Source: Malacoraja senta
Taxonomy: Eukaryota
Assembly: GCA_038087875.1 (NCBI GenBank)
Contig: CM075990.1
Location: 3,474,001 to 3,538,000 of the forward strand
Direction of reading: 5' to 3'
DNA length: 64,000 bases
A program made the position numbers and the translations under genes. The notes under the pieces were generated by a model that worked only from the letters and a program-made list of their open reading frames with translations, was not told the origin of the DNA and searched no databases. Within the stretch, counting starts at the first letter, position 1. The number at the start of each line of letters is the position of its first letter. This document shows positions 12,791 through 25,397 of the stretch, piece after piece.

Positions 12791-13111
12791 ATTGTCACAG
12801 ATGCTTACGATACTCCTGCGAGGCATCTTATGACATTTCACATCAGTAAACTTGCAAATAAAACACATAGTTGTCAACATGTATGATAATGGGACAATGC
12901 TCCTATAAGAACAAGATAAGACTTGATTTTCTAAGAACTAGATACTTGAAAGGTACAAGATTGCGATGGAAACATAGTTATTATTTGTGTAGTCCTTCGG
13001 AAGAAACCTTTTTTTGACACTACAATCATTGCACTCTTTTATTTATATATTCTTGGGCTTATGTGTAGCGTGATTTTACTGGATTGCAAAACATTTCAAA
13101 AGTATTTCACC

Positions 13112-13325
13112 AGAAGTTAGATACAAAATGCTGGAGTAACTCAGCAGGTCGGGCAGCATCTCTGAAGAAAAGGAATAGGTGACATTTCGAGTCAAGTCTG
13201 AAGAAGGGTCTCAACCTAAAATGTCACCTATTCCTTTTCTCCAGAGATGCTGCCTGACCCGCTGAGTTGCTCCAGCCTTTTGTGTCTATCTTCGATGTTA
13301 ATCACCATCTGCATTTCCTTCCGAC
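13112..13325. mobile_element. Inverted pair of Penelope pLTR fragments
   Basis: Head-to-head copies around agtCTGAAGAagggtctcaacc. Flanked by aagtatttcac (13080-13090 and 13329-13339). Confidence 0.7.
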
Positions 13326-13364
13326 GCCAAGTATTTCACTCTTTCTGGGTACATTGACTTTGTG

Positions 13365-13605
13365 CTTTAGAGATACAGCGCGGGAACAGGCCCTTCGGCC
13401 CACCGAGTCCGCGCCGACCAGCGATCACCCCGTACAATAACACTATCCAACACAATGGGGACAATTCACAATATTACCAAAGCCAATTAACCTACAAACT
13501 TGTAGGTCTTTGGAATATGGGAGGAAACCAGAGCACCCGGAGAAAACCCACACGGTCACGGGGAGAACGTGCAAACTCCATACAGGCAGCACTCGTAGTC
13601 AGGAT
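13365..13605 (-). mobile_element. V-SINE (HE1-like), 5'-truncated
   Basis: Core and 3' end match the other copies. Confidence 0.75.
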
Positions 13606-14117
13606 TCATAAAGTAACTATCGAAGTATTGAACTATTAAAGATACTTTGCTAAAGGTGCCAATAAAAATATATTTTTCCTATTGGCAAGTAGCATGTTGA
13701 AGAAGGGTTTCGGCCCGAAACGTTGCCTATTTCCTTCGTTCCATAGATGCTGCTGCACCCGCTGCGTTTCTCCAGCATTTTTGTCTACCAGCATGTTGTA
13801 TCTGAACTTTCTCGGCAGCAAAGAGAAATATTCACATTTACCCTGACAAAAGCTTTCACACCTCATTAGTGGGGTCAAGGAAAGAGCATTCACGTCGCGG
13901 CCCTGTTTCCACCAAATCTTTCCACCACCACGCACAAGAAGCACAAGACAGACACCATTGTATGCAGATGCCGAGAAGTGTGTTCAGCTCTGGCTGAACA
14001 ACTTCTAATCTTGTGTGTGGACTCGAAAAGAAGAAGACACCTTATTAGTTACTTTAGTTTATTGTCACGTGTACCGAGGTACAGTGAAAAGCTTTTGTTG
14101 CATCTTATACTTTAGAC

Positions 14118-14490
14118 CAGGGGTGGGGAACTTTTTCATGTTGGAAGGCCGCATTAAGTTAGCTGTAATCTAACAAGGCCGCATCCAAGAAACTTCAATT
14201 AGATATACTTCAAAATGTACATTATTTTGTTAAAATAGCCCTCATGACTTACTAATGTTTTAATTGTGGCCGTCAGTCGGGGAGGATTATTTCGTTGAAT
14301 CATTTTTCTACTCTTTGGTATTTTAAATACATTCATTTTAAGATTAAAATTAAAATAATAAAAGACGAACAAAAGCATATTAATAAAAATAAAATGATTT
14401 GTTCAACAAAATTTGGATTCGTTCAAAAGGCCGCACTTAGTGGCCTAGAAGGCCGCATGCTGCCTTTAGGCCGCAGGTTCCCCACCCTTG
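14118..14490. mobile_element. Non-autonomous hAT (Charlie/Buster-like) DNA transposon
   Basis: TIRs caggggtggggaac / gttccccacccttg. Perfect 8-bp TSD ctttagac at 14110-14117 and 14491-14498. Five subterminal aggccgca repeats. Confidence 0.9.
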
Positions 14491-15449
14491 CTTTAGACTA
14501 TAAACTTAGGAGATACAGCATGAAAACAGGCCCTTCGGCTACCCGAGTCCACACTGACCAGCGATCTTTGGGCAGAGGGTGGTGAATCTGTGAAATTCTC
14601 TGCCACCGATTCAGCGGAAATACAAAACATGATTACAATCGAGCCATTTGAAGTGCACAGATACATGATAGGGGAATTACTTTTAGTGCAAGGTAAAGCC
14701 AGTAAAGTCCGATCAAAGACAGTCCGAGGGTCCCCGATGAGGTAGATAGTAGTTCGGGACTCAGGACAGTATCAATGCAGCCGTAAATTGTAAATGATGG
14801 ATGGTGTCGAAGGCTTGAAGATTTTTGAAGGAAACTTCAAAGCACCTTGATTGGTGAATGTGTCCCTACTGCAGTGGAGCAATTACTTCTGTGTTGGTTA
14901 CAACAAACAGGCAAGAGAAGCAAGGGCTCTCGAGAGGTTTAATTAAGTGTGGAGGCTATTGAGGTTTCAACCTAGCAAATAGTTACACCAACAAAGGGAC
15001 TGGTGAGGACAGAATGCCAGAAGCCTTTAATGAGATAGCTCAATAGGTATAATACCCACTTCCTTTCAAAGGCCTTGGTCATTAGAGCTATTGATAGAAG
15101 GGTAAACTCCTCCAAGGAAACCCATTGAAAATCACCAGCCCTTTCTCGGACTAAACAACCTAAAAGAAACTTGAAAAATTTAATTACTCTGAATCAACCA
15201 GCCTTTTACTTTTGCTCCTTTGTGAAACCAATTAACACTTTATTGTTCTTTTTAAAGTAAACTTTTTTTTTATTGTCGTTGCCCCGACGCACTTCCAAAG
15301 GTGGCCAAGGATAAATGCCCCAAATGGCAAATAAACCATTTTAACAGCATCGGGAAGGTGAAGCAGCAGAGTGCGGAAACAAGGAACTGCAGATGCTGGT
15401 TTACCAAGCCAAGACACAAAGTGCTGGAGTAACTCTGCGGGTCTAGTGT

Positions 15450-15735
15450 AGTTTAGTTTAGAGGAACAGCGCAGAAACACTGAGTCCACGCTGACCAGCG
15501 ATCCCCGCACAATAACACTATCCTATGCACAAACTAGGGACAATTTACAATGATACCAAGCCAATTAACCTGCAAACCTGTTCGTCTTTGGAGTGTGGGA
15601 GGAAACAGGAGCGCTTGAAGAAAACCCACGCAGGTCATGGGGAGAACGTACAAACTCTGCGCAGACAGCACCCATGGTCAGGATTGAACCCGGGTCTCCA
15701 GCGTTGTCAGGCAGCAACTCTACCGCTGCGCCACG
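15450..15735 (-). mobile_element. V-SINE (HE1-like)
   Basis: A and B boxes, core and (ctaaa)n tail on the minus strand. Confidence 0.75.
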
Positions 15736-15989
15736 GGGCAGCATCCCTGGAGAACATGGATGGGTGACGTTTCGGGTCGAGACTCTACTTCAGACTAGGT
15801 GTGAAGTGGGGATATCCATCTGAAGAAGGATCTCGATCCAAAATGTCACCTATCGAGTCTGAACAAGGGTCCCTGCCTGAAACATCACCTCTCCTTGTTC
15901 TCCAGAGATGCTGCCTGGCCGGCTGAGTTACTCCAGCACTTTGTGTCTTGGGAAGAAAAAGCAGGATGCTGGCGGAGCAGTGAGAGGGG

Positions 15990-16500
15990 GAAATGGTTCA
16001 ATGATGCTTCTATTGTTACTTGTGCGAAGTGAAAATGCACAGTGAAATGATTTTCTTACAACCAGTCCAGTAGAGTATTGCCGTATCCAAACACATCCCA
16101 GATTACCAAGTGTACAGAAATAGTCCACTGATCCCGCATGCAAGAGGTGCCGTATTTTGCCGCCATTTTCTGAGTCCAGTCCGCGCTCTAGGTGTTGTGA
16201 GCGGGGCCCGATCCTGGCGAGCCCCAGGCTGCTGCAGGGCCTCCAGCCGTCTCCTCCCCTTGGACGTCCGGATCGTCCAGCGAACCCACGTCCCTCTCCT
16301 CGCCCGTCCATCTTTGTTCCCCGGGGGGTGGGAGCCTCCCACAGCCGACCTCGAGGGCACGGTGGGCCAGACCCCAGTTCCCTCTCCTTTCCCATCGGCC
16401 TCGCTCCTGGCCCGTCACGTCTGTCATCACCACCGCCGGCTCCATCCTCCCTGCCGCTCTCTGGTCTTCGGGGGGGGGGGGGAGTGCTCCCCCTGCAGGC
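15990..16500 (-). mobile_element. GC-rich non-autonomous retroposon fragment
   Basis: Homologous to 4625-4892 and to ~59280-59400 (cagccgacctcgagggcac). Confidence 0.6.
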
Positions 16501-16794
16501 CGCAGTCAATGGCGGCATGGCGGGTAGTCCTGCTGCCTCGCCTTCCCAGGGTCTCAGGTTCGATCCTGACGTTGGCCCCTTCTGCACGGAGTTCTGTTCT
16601 TCGGCCTTCCCGCCTCTCCCCCCAAAAGCTGCTCCCGTTTCCTGACGCATTCCCAATGATGGAAGATTAATTATCTGGTGTAAATGACCCCTGGTGCAGG
16701 TATGTAGCAACATAATCAAAGGAGATCTGATGGATGAGTGCGAGAGAATACAGCAGGAAAGGAAGGAGAGGGGACTGGAACTGATGGGATAAGT

Positions 16795-17145
16795 CCAAAA
16801 GTGATAGGAGCAGAAGTAGGCCATTCAGCCCATCAAGTCGACTCCACCATTCAATCATGGTTGATCTATCTCTCACTCCCAACCCCATTCTCCTGCCTTC
16901 TCCCCATAACCTCTGACACCATACCAATCAAGAATCTATTTATCTCTTCCGTAAAAATATCTCAGTCTCCACAGTCATCTGTGGCAATGAATTCCACTGA
17001 TCCACCACACTCTGACAAAAGAAATTACTCCTCATCTCCTTCCTAAAGGAACGTCCTTTAATTCTGAGGTTATGGCCTCTGGTCCTGGACTCTCCTACTA
17101 GTGGAAACATCCTCTCCACATCCACTCTATCCAGACCATTCACTG
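16795..17145 (-). mobile_element. CR1/HER1-like LINE 3' fragment
   Basis: ORF 16940-17203 GLDRVDVERMFPLVGESRTRGHNLRIKG. Shares a non-CR1 5' extension (to ~17240) with the copy at 31066-31540. Confidence 0.8.
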
Positions 17146-17727
17146 TTCGCCCACGATTGCTGACCTCAGAGCTGGCTTTGACTGTGGACCGAATGTCCTC
17201 CATTCATGTCATTATAAGTTTCGGATAAGAAAGACCAAATTCCCAAATTGATCTGTGTTCAGTAAAGTGATGTCCTCACCCATTTCTTCTCTCCAGAGAT
17301 GCTGCCTGGCCCGCTGAGTTACTCCAGCATTTTGTGTCTATCTTTAGTGTAAACCAGCATCTGCAGATCCTTCCTACACAAGATGATGATGTCCTTCCTC
17401 TATCTTCCAGCTCTGCTTTCCTTAATGATGTAGATTCACACAAAGATGCTTGTTCCTCCTGTATTGGTATCTCCCGCCATCTTTTGCTCTTGTTATCCAT
17501 GGTTGGGGAGATCACGCAATGAGGAGAAATTTCTTTAGTCAGAGGGCGGTGAATCTGTGGAATTCTTTGCCACAGAAGGCTATGGAAGCCGTCAGTGGAT
17601 AGTTTTATGGCCGAGATAGATAGATTCTTGATTAGTACAGGTGTCAGAGGTCATGGGGAGAAGGTTGGAGAATGGAGTTAGGAGCGAGAGATAGATCGAC
17701 CATGAGTGAATGGCGGAGTAGACTTAG

Positions 17728-18273
17728 ACTCATAGAGTCATAGAGTGGGACAGTTTGGAAACTGGCCTTTCGGCCCAACTTGCCCACATCGGCCAACATG
17801 TTCCAGCTACACCAGTCCCACCTGCCAGCATTTCATCGATATCCCTCCAAACCTGTCCTATCCATGTGCCTGTCTATTGGCTTCTTAAATGTTGGGATAG
17901 TCCCTACCTCAACTACCTCCTCTGGCAGCTCGTTCCATACACACATCACCCTCTGTGTGAAAAAGTTACCCCTCAGATTCCTATTCAATCTTTCCCCCCT
18001 CACCTTCAACCTATGTCCTCTGGTCCTCGATTCACCTACTCTGGGCAAGAGCCTCTGTGCATCTACCCGATCTATATCAATGATCTTATACACCTCTATA
18101 CAATCACTCCTCATCCTTCTGCGCTCTAAGGAATAGAGTCCTAGCCTACTCAACCTCTGCCTGTAGCTCAGACCCTCTAGTCCTGGCAACATCCTCGTAA
18201 ATCTTCTCTGTACCCTTTCCAGCTTGACAACATCCATCCTATAACGCGGTGCCCAGAACTGAACACAATACTC
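17728..18273 (-). mobile_element. CR1/HER1-like LINE 3' portion
   Basis: ORF 17833-18291 EYCVQFWAPRYRMDVVKLERVQRRFTRMLPGL..FFTQRVMCVWNELP. Confidence 0.9.
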
Positions 18274-18716
18274 CACAACAGGGTTCGGCAACCTACGGCC
18301 CCCGGGCCGAATGCGGCCCGTAACCCAAAATCATCCGGCCCGCAGACTTCCGTCATCTCCGGTACCTCCCGGGCCCGAGGCCGCGTTGCCCAGGCGCAGT
18401 GACACAGTGACGCAAGGACGCAAGGAGACCTGCGCTGGCGGCCGCAATACCGGAGCCACCGAGCAGCGCCGAGCTCTGGCCATACCGCATCCTGCGCAAA
18501 GCCGCCGGCATGGCCGCGCACCTTCTGTGTCTTGGCTTCACTGTCGGGATTGGGGTTGTCAATAGGCCGGGGACGAGTGAGTGTGAGTATTTGAGCCACC
18601 GCCTTCAGGACAGAGCCAAGGCAATGGTCCGTAGGTACACCATGTTGGTGAGCGCCCATAACTAGGGGTGGCGTCCTTGAAGGGGCGGGATCCATGTGTA
18701 CACATGATAGATATGC

Positions 18717-18955
18717 AGGGCTGCCAACTCTCACGCTTTCAGCAAATTCTCACGCCCTCATGCTGATGACAGAATTCTCACGCTGTCTTCAGTCCCTGCA
18801 CAGCAAGGATCCTAAAGCGGAGCTATACGATCTTTGCTGCAGTTTGTCTCTTTGCGCCACATGACAGCAATCTGTACGGTCTGGGGAAGCGCGTCGGTTG
18901 ACGGCTGTGAGTGACGTCGCGTCTCTTCTCTCTTGGTTGGATGTGCAGCCGCCGG
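18717..18955 (+). repeat. Direct repeat copy 1 (probable DNA-transposon left end, cagggctgccaac)
   Basis: Aligns by eye to 19759-19966. Contains multiple ctcacgc subrepeats. A third start is at 24143. Confidence 0.7.
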
Positions 18956-19119
18956 GTGTCAGTGCCTCTATGTGCCGGCTGTGAGCGCTGCGCTGCCGGC
19001 CGCCGCTGCAGCCTCGCTCCCTCCTTCCCTCCCTCCCTCCCACCCTTCAACTCACACGGCAGCGCCAGCGCTGCCAATCCACGCTATACCGTGCCCGCCA
19101 GACTCCCCATTGGGCGGCC

Positions 19120-19417
19120 GGGGAGAGAGAGGGAGGGGAGAAAGAGAGAAGGAAAGAAAAAAAGGGAGGGATGGAGGCAAAGAGAGACAAGGGGAGGGAA
19201 TGTAGAAAGGGGATGAAGGAAGGAAAGGAGAAAGGGGAGAAAGAGGGATTGATGGGGGCAGGAGGGAGGAAGGGGAGGAGGGAGGGAGGGAGGGGGAAGG
19301 AAAGGTGTGTGTGTGTGTGTGCTTGTGTGTCTGTCTCCCTGTGTGTGTGTGTCCCTGTGTGTGTCTGTCTCGCTGTGTGTCTGTCTCCCTGTGTGTGTCT
19401 CCTTGTGTGTGTGTCTC

Positions 19418-19466
<49 letters not shown>

Positions 19467-19737
19467 GTGTGTGTCTCCCTGTGTGTGTCCCTGTGTGTGT
19501 GTCTCCCTGTGTGTGTGTGTCTCCCTGTGTGTGTGTGTCTCCATGTGTGTGTGTGTGTGTGTCTCCATGTGTATGTGTCTCCCTGTGTGTGTGTGTGTCT
19601 CTGTGTGTGTGTGTGTGTCTCCCTGTGTGTGTGTGTGTGTGTCTCCCTGTGTGTGTGTCTGTCTGTCTCCATGTGTGTGTGTGTCTGTCTCCCTGTGTGT
19701 GTGTCTTCCTTTGTGTATGTGTCTCCCTGTGTGTCTG
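19120..19737. repeat. Purine-rich tract followed by a (TG)n-TCTCCC compound microsatellite
   Basis: GA-rich at 19120-19304, then tgtgtg..tctccc units at 19305-19737. Confidence 0.95.
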
Positions 19738-19758
19738 TTGTCACATCCTGGCCTTAGA

Positions 19759-19966
19759 CAGGGCTGCCAACTGAGAGTCACGCATTTCAGCCAATGCTCA
19801 CGCTGATGACAGAATTCTCACGCTTTCTTCAGTCCCTGCACAATTTGTCTCTTTTGCGCCACATCACAGCGATCTGTGCAGTCTGGGGAAGCGCGTCAGT
19901 TGGCGGCTGTGAGTGACGTCGCATTTCTTCTCTTCTCTTCTTTCTTGGTTGGATGTGCAGCCGCCG
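19759..19966 (+). repeat. Direct repeat copy 2
   Basis: Aligns by eye to 18717-18955. Confidence 0.7.
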
Positions 19967-20292
19967 ACAATATGAAGCAGCCGGAGATAGAACTAACCAG
20001 GTGAATTGGTTGTAAAACATGGGGGGTCCACAATGAGGCCAAACATCTAGGACAGGGTTCAGCAACCTACGGCACACGGGCCGAATCCGGCCCGTAACCC
20101 GAAAAAACACGTTTTTTTAAAAATTTGTTTTCGCGGGGTCGGGGCAGGCAAGCCGACCTGAGAACTGCAGCCAGTCCCTGGGACGCGAGCTGATCTGGGA
20201 ACGGCAGCCAGTCCCTGGGCACGCAGAATGCCAACTTGATCATTATGGACAAATTGGGCCAGCCATGCACATGTTGTATAACTCTGACTCTA

Positions 20293-23200
20293 CGGTGCAT
20301 AAAACATACTCACGGATAGACTATTTTCTTGTGGATACAAAATTAATTCCGCACACTATGAACCGTAAATATCACACTAATGCGATCTCAGACCACTCTC
20401 CGTTAACTTTTGTTTTAAAACTAGAAGGAATGTCTATGAATAAATCATTCTGGAGGTTTAACTCGCAAATTTTAAAAGACCCACAAGGGAGTATATATCT
20501 AAAAAAACAGATGGATCTATTTTTTGAGATAAATGATACACCAGATATATCCCCCACGCTATTATGGGAATCCTTCAAAGCATTTATTAGAGGAGTCATT
20601 ATTTCATTTCAAGCTTATCAAAATAAAAAGAATAAGAATGAACAAAGACGTTTAGAAGAACAAATAAAACAATTAGATACAGATAATGCTAAAGATCCAA
20701 CTATGGATAAACATAATAAAATCCTACTATTGAAATTCAAGCTAAATAAATTACTGTCAGAGAAAGTTATAACATTATTTCAAATCACAAAACAAGAACA
20801 CTTCGAATTCGGGGACAAACCCCACAAACTCCTAGCACGCCAACTGAAAAAACGGGAAAAAGAGAATGCAATATTAAAGATTAAATCAGACAGAGGGGAA
20901 TTATTAACATTACCCAAGGATATCAATAAAAGATTTGCTCAATTTTACCAGAATCTATACACATCTAAAACGTTAATAGACAATAATAAAATTTCAGAAT
21001 TTTTAGATAACTGTAACCTACCACAATTAGAACTGAGGGAACAAGAGGAACTGGGAGCACAAATTACTTCTAAGGAGATAGAAGACACAATAAAAACACT
21101 AAAGAATGGAAAAACACCAGGACCAGACGGATTCAGTAATGAATTTTATAAATCTTTTTACGACATAGTTACTCCACGATTACAGAAAATGTATACATAT
21201 GCTTTTAAAGAGCAAAACTTACCTGAAACACTAGCAGAATCAACGATCATATTAATACTTAAAAAAGATAAAAATATAGAAGAACCAGGATCATATAGAG
21301 CTATCGCTTTGTTAAATACGGATCAAAAAATAATAGCGAAAACACTAGCCAGTAGACTAAGCAGGTATGTTAGTAGACTAATAAATGAGGATCAAACAGG
21401 ATTTATACCTAAGAGACATTCATTCAATAATTTGAGACGTTTGCTTAACATAATGCACTCACATAAATCTCATGACCAAGAGTTATCTATCATCTCACTG
21501 GACGCAGAATAAGCGTTTGATCAAGTAGAATGGGACTATATGATTAAAGTATTGCAAAAATTCCAATTGGGAGAGAACTTCATTGCATGGATAAAACTAT
21601 TATATAACAAACCTACGGCTAGAATACTAACTAATAATATATTATCCTCGAAATTTGAACTATCAAGGGGCAATAGACAAGGATGTTCATTATCACCGCT
21701 GTTATTTGCTTAGGTAATTAAACCCCTTGCTGAAAAAATAAGAACACACCTGGATATTTACGGTTATAATACAAAATATTCAAATAACAAAATATCCCTA
21801 TATGCCGATGATGTACTACTGTACATCACAAAACCACAAATTAGTATACCAAATATATTAAATTTAATTGAGGACTTTGGATCCTTCTCAGGATATAGAA
21901 TAAATTGGAACAAAAGTGAAATTTTGTCGATAAAACCAAAAGACTCAACACACCTCAGGAAATTCCCCTTTAAAATAGCTACAGAAAAATTCAAATATTT
22001 GGGAATTGAAATTACTAGAAATTACCAGGATATGTTTAAAGCCCAATTATAATCCCTTACTTAAGAAATTAAATAATTTGATTAAATTCTGGAAAACACT
22101 TCCGATGTCCTTAATAGGCAGAATAAATGCTATAAAAATGATTTTCTTACCACAAATCCTATACCTATTTCAATCAATACCTGTATATCTCCCAAAAAAG
22201 TTTTTCAAAAAATTGGACTCAGACATTACAAATTTTATATGGGATTATAAATCCCATAGAATACAAAGAGCACACCTTAATAAACTAAAAGAGTTGGGGG
22301 GTCTAGCGCTCCCTAACTTTATGTATTATAATTGGGCAGTAAATATTAAAAATATGATTAACCTGCTGGACAATTTTGCCCAGCAGGCGGACTGGATTGT
22401 AATGGAAAAAGGGACTGCTCCCCGAGTAATATAGGAGCGATTATCCTCTCTCCAATAAATTTGAATAATAAAAATTATAATAAAAATCCAATTATATATA
22501 GCACAATTAGAACATGGAAACAAATAAAACAGAATCTAAATTTAAGAAACCTATCTCTCTCAATACCAATAGTCAATAACCCATCGTTTAAACCTTCAAT
22601 CATAGACAAATCATTATACAATGGGAAAGAATGGGAATCAAAACGCTCGAAGGATCTGTATGAATTGGGAAAATTACTATCATTTCACAACTACAACTGA
22701 AATATAATTTGAAAAATAACCAATATTTTAAATATCTACAAATTCGTGATTATCTGAAAAAACACACAAAAGACTATCATAATATGCCTTCCGACTTACT
22801 AGATGAAGCAATGAAGACAAAGGCGGAATCACCTAATCTAATATCGTACTTATATAATATCATTTTAAACATAGAAATACCCACAACAGATGGAATTAGA
22901 AGAGACTGGAAACAAGAATTTAGCTATAAAAATTCAAAAGAGAGCTGGGATAACCATTTACTACAGGTGCATAAATGTTCGATCAACGTACGACATACGC
23001 TCATCCAATTCAAAACATTACATAGACTATATTATTCAAAAAACTAAATTAAATAAAATCTTTCCTAATGTTTCACCAATCTGTGATAAATGTCTATGTC
23101 AAGAAGCTACCATAGCGCATTCTTTTGTTTTTTGTACAAAAATCCAAAAATTCTGGTATGAAATATTTGATATTTTTTCAAAATTAATTAAAATAAAACT

Positions 23201-23470
23201 GGTACCAAAACCAGAATGGATCATTTTTGAATATCGGAAGGTATCCCTGAATTAAACGTGTATCAGAAGAATTTATTCAATTACGGGCTAATAATGGGAA
23301 AAAAAGCTCATACTTAAATTCTGGAAAAATGCGCCCACACCAACAATAAAAATGTGGACATCAAATATGTTTGAAACATTACATCTGAAGAGATGAGATT
23401 CCTCTTAGCCAGGTAAAGCAGACCAATTCCAAAAGACGTGGTCTACGTTTCTGGACCTATTACAAGCATG
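20293..23470 (+). pseudogene. L1 ORF2 (endonuclease/reverse transcriptase) remnant
   Basis: Open to a premature TAA at 21510-21512 (DAE*AFDQVEW), with further stops and frameshifts downstream. Confidence 0.9.
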
Positions 23471-23840
23471 AGGTGCAATAGTAATTTAAAAAGTAAATAA
23501 ATAAATAAATGGTATCAGGACCTGGTAATGGGAGGTAAAACAACAAAAACAGACTTGGTTGGTGGTCCCTTTCTGCGATTGTTCCTACTTTCTTTTTCTT
23601 TCTTTTCTAGGGTCTACTTTCTTACTTTGCTTCCTTCTCTAACTTCTTTTCTAAGGGCTTTCTTTTCCCAAAACTCTCTTGCACTTCACGACTCTTGCGC
23701 ACTTTCTTTACTTTTCTTACTTCTATCTTTCTTTTAAAGCTCAAAAAATGAAGCGGTACAAAAAATGTATTAAGATATATGTGTTGTGTATTACTGTAAT
23801 TTACCGTACTTCTAATAAAATAATTTAAAAAATTAAAAAA
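20293..23840 (+). mobile_element. 5'-truncated L1-clade LINE with disrupted ORF2, 3' UTR and A-rich tail
   Basis: End of APE domain (YSRIDYF, SDH), KTPGPDG, YRAIALLNTD, RQGCSLSPLLF, YADD at 21801-21812 and CDKC..H..FC zinc knuckle at ~23080. 13-bp TSD aactctgactcta at 20280-20292 and 23841-23853. Confidence 0.95.
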
Positions 23841-24142
23841 AACTCTGACTCTATGCAGATCTGAATGGGCTTAGAATGACCATTTAAGCAAAATTGCCTC
23901 ACTTTCCCCATTTTGATTCTTGAGATTAATATCCCTTTGCTCTATTAACAGCGTTAAAGTACTTATGAGGTAGAGTCAGGAAAGGGAACATGTTATTTTT
24001 TTTTAGTTAGCTTTAATTTGTTAGTTGATTTTTTGTTGACTGCCATAATTTCTGAAATTAAAGTAACTTAACTGTTATAAAGCAGTAATAAGTGATTTTT
24101 GTCCAAACAATTGGAACTTGCATAAAATGTTTGCATTATTAG

Positions 24143-25397
24143 CAGGGCTGCCAACTCTCACGCATTGAGCATGAGACTCACGCATTTCACAAAACTCTCA
24201 TGCTCTCACGCTGATCACAAAATTATATAATGAGAATATGACCTGTTTTGCTTAACAAATAGTTTAGGAAGGAATTGCAGATGCTGGTTTAAACTGAAGA
24301 TTAGACACTAAAAACTAGAAAAACTCAGCAGGACAGGCAGCATATCTGGAGAGAAAGAATGGGTGACTGTTTCGAGTCGAGACCTTCAGCCTGAAGAGGT
24401 TGAAAACCAGCCATAAAACACGATGACTGGACATGTGTGTTATCCAACTAAGGGCAGAAATCAGAATCATGTGTTCATCTTTATTCACGTGACACCATAA
24501 TAAATATATTACAGAAAAAATAATTTAATGGGGTGGCACGGTGGCGCAGTGGTAGAGTTGCTGCCTTACTACCACATGGGTTTTCTCTGGATATACCGGT
24601 TTCTCCCATATCCGAAAGAAGTGCAGGTTTGTAGGCTAATTGGCTTCTGTAAATTGTCCCTGGCGTGATGGATGGAATTGGTGTATGATAGATTGCTGGT
24701 CGGTGTGGACTTTGTGGGCGGAAGGGCCTGTTTCCATATATATTTTTACATATATATCTTAATTTCATTGAAACCATATATGATTGAATATGTGGCATTA
24801 TTTCGTCTTGTTTCTATATTCAAAGGGTAAGGTTGAAATGGTCTGAAGAAGGGTTTCGGCCCGAAACGTTGCCTATTTCCTTCGCTCCATAGATGCTGCC
24901 GCACCCGCTGAGTTTCTCCAGCAATTTTGTCTACATTCGGTTCTCCAGCATCTGCAGTACCTTCTTGAACAAGATTGATTGATTTATTTGAACAGAACAA
25001 TGATGGAAGTCCGACTTTTGCTTAGTTTCTCTGAGTTTTTCTCTATATATATGCATAACAGCATGAATATAATCTGATTTCCTTACATGAATATAGTCAT
25101 TCATGTGCTGCACCTGTTGATCAGAGCCTGGCTCTATTGTGGAATGTAATTAGGAATGTAATTTAGCCTAACCTTATTCATACCTAATCCAATTTAAAGC
25201 ATAAATGTTGCATTCAAGTGTAAGTTAAAAGACTCGCTACAGTATGCACCAGATTGCACAATTTCAAGCTGAAAAATGCAAAAGCTCCCTACCATGGGAG
25301 GGGGAACACCCCCTCCCACACCCTTCCCCCCCCCCCCTGGTCACAACGTTCCCTCGCAATTTGTCACTCTCAACTCTCACCGAATGTTGGCAGCCTG
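24143..25397. mobile_element. Possible non-autonomous DNA transposon containing nested SINE and pLTR insertions
   Basis: Left end cagggctgccaac, right end gttggcagcctg (one-base deletion), ctcacgc subrepeats. No TSD visible. Confidence 0.4.
24840..24873 (+). ncRNA. Minimal type I hammerhead ribozyme motif in a Penelope pLTR
   Basis: GGU CUGAAGA A GGGU-UUCG-GCCC GAAAC GUU GCC. Both core boxes, stem II with a UUCG loop, palindromic AACGUU stem III and stem I GGU/GCC are present. Confidence 0.65.

Noticed and set aside
15928..16824. 298-aa ORF (and similar ORFs at 26493-27227 and 56454-56946)
   Set aside because: GC-rich repeat bodies that are open in several frames, with no recognisable domain.
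18730..18785. Clustered TCACGC as AhR xenobiotic response elements
   Set aside because: More simply explained as subterminal repeats of a transposon end that recurs at 19759 and 24143.
19047..19806. Long His/Thr- or Cys/Val-rich ORFs
   Set aside because: Translations of the TG/TCTCCC microsatellite.
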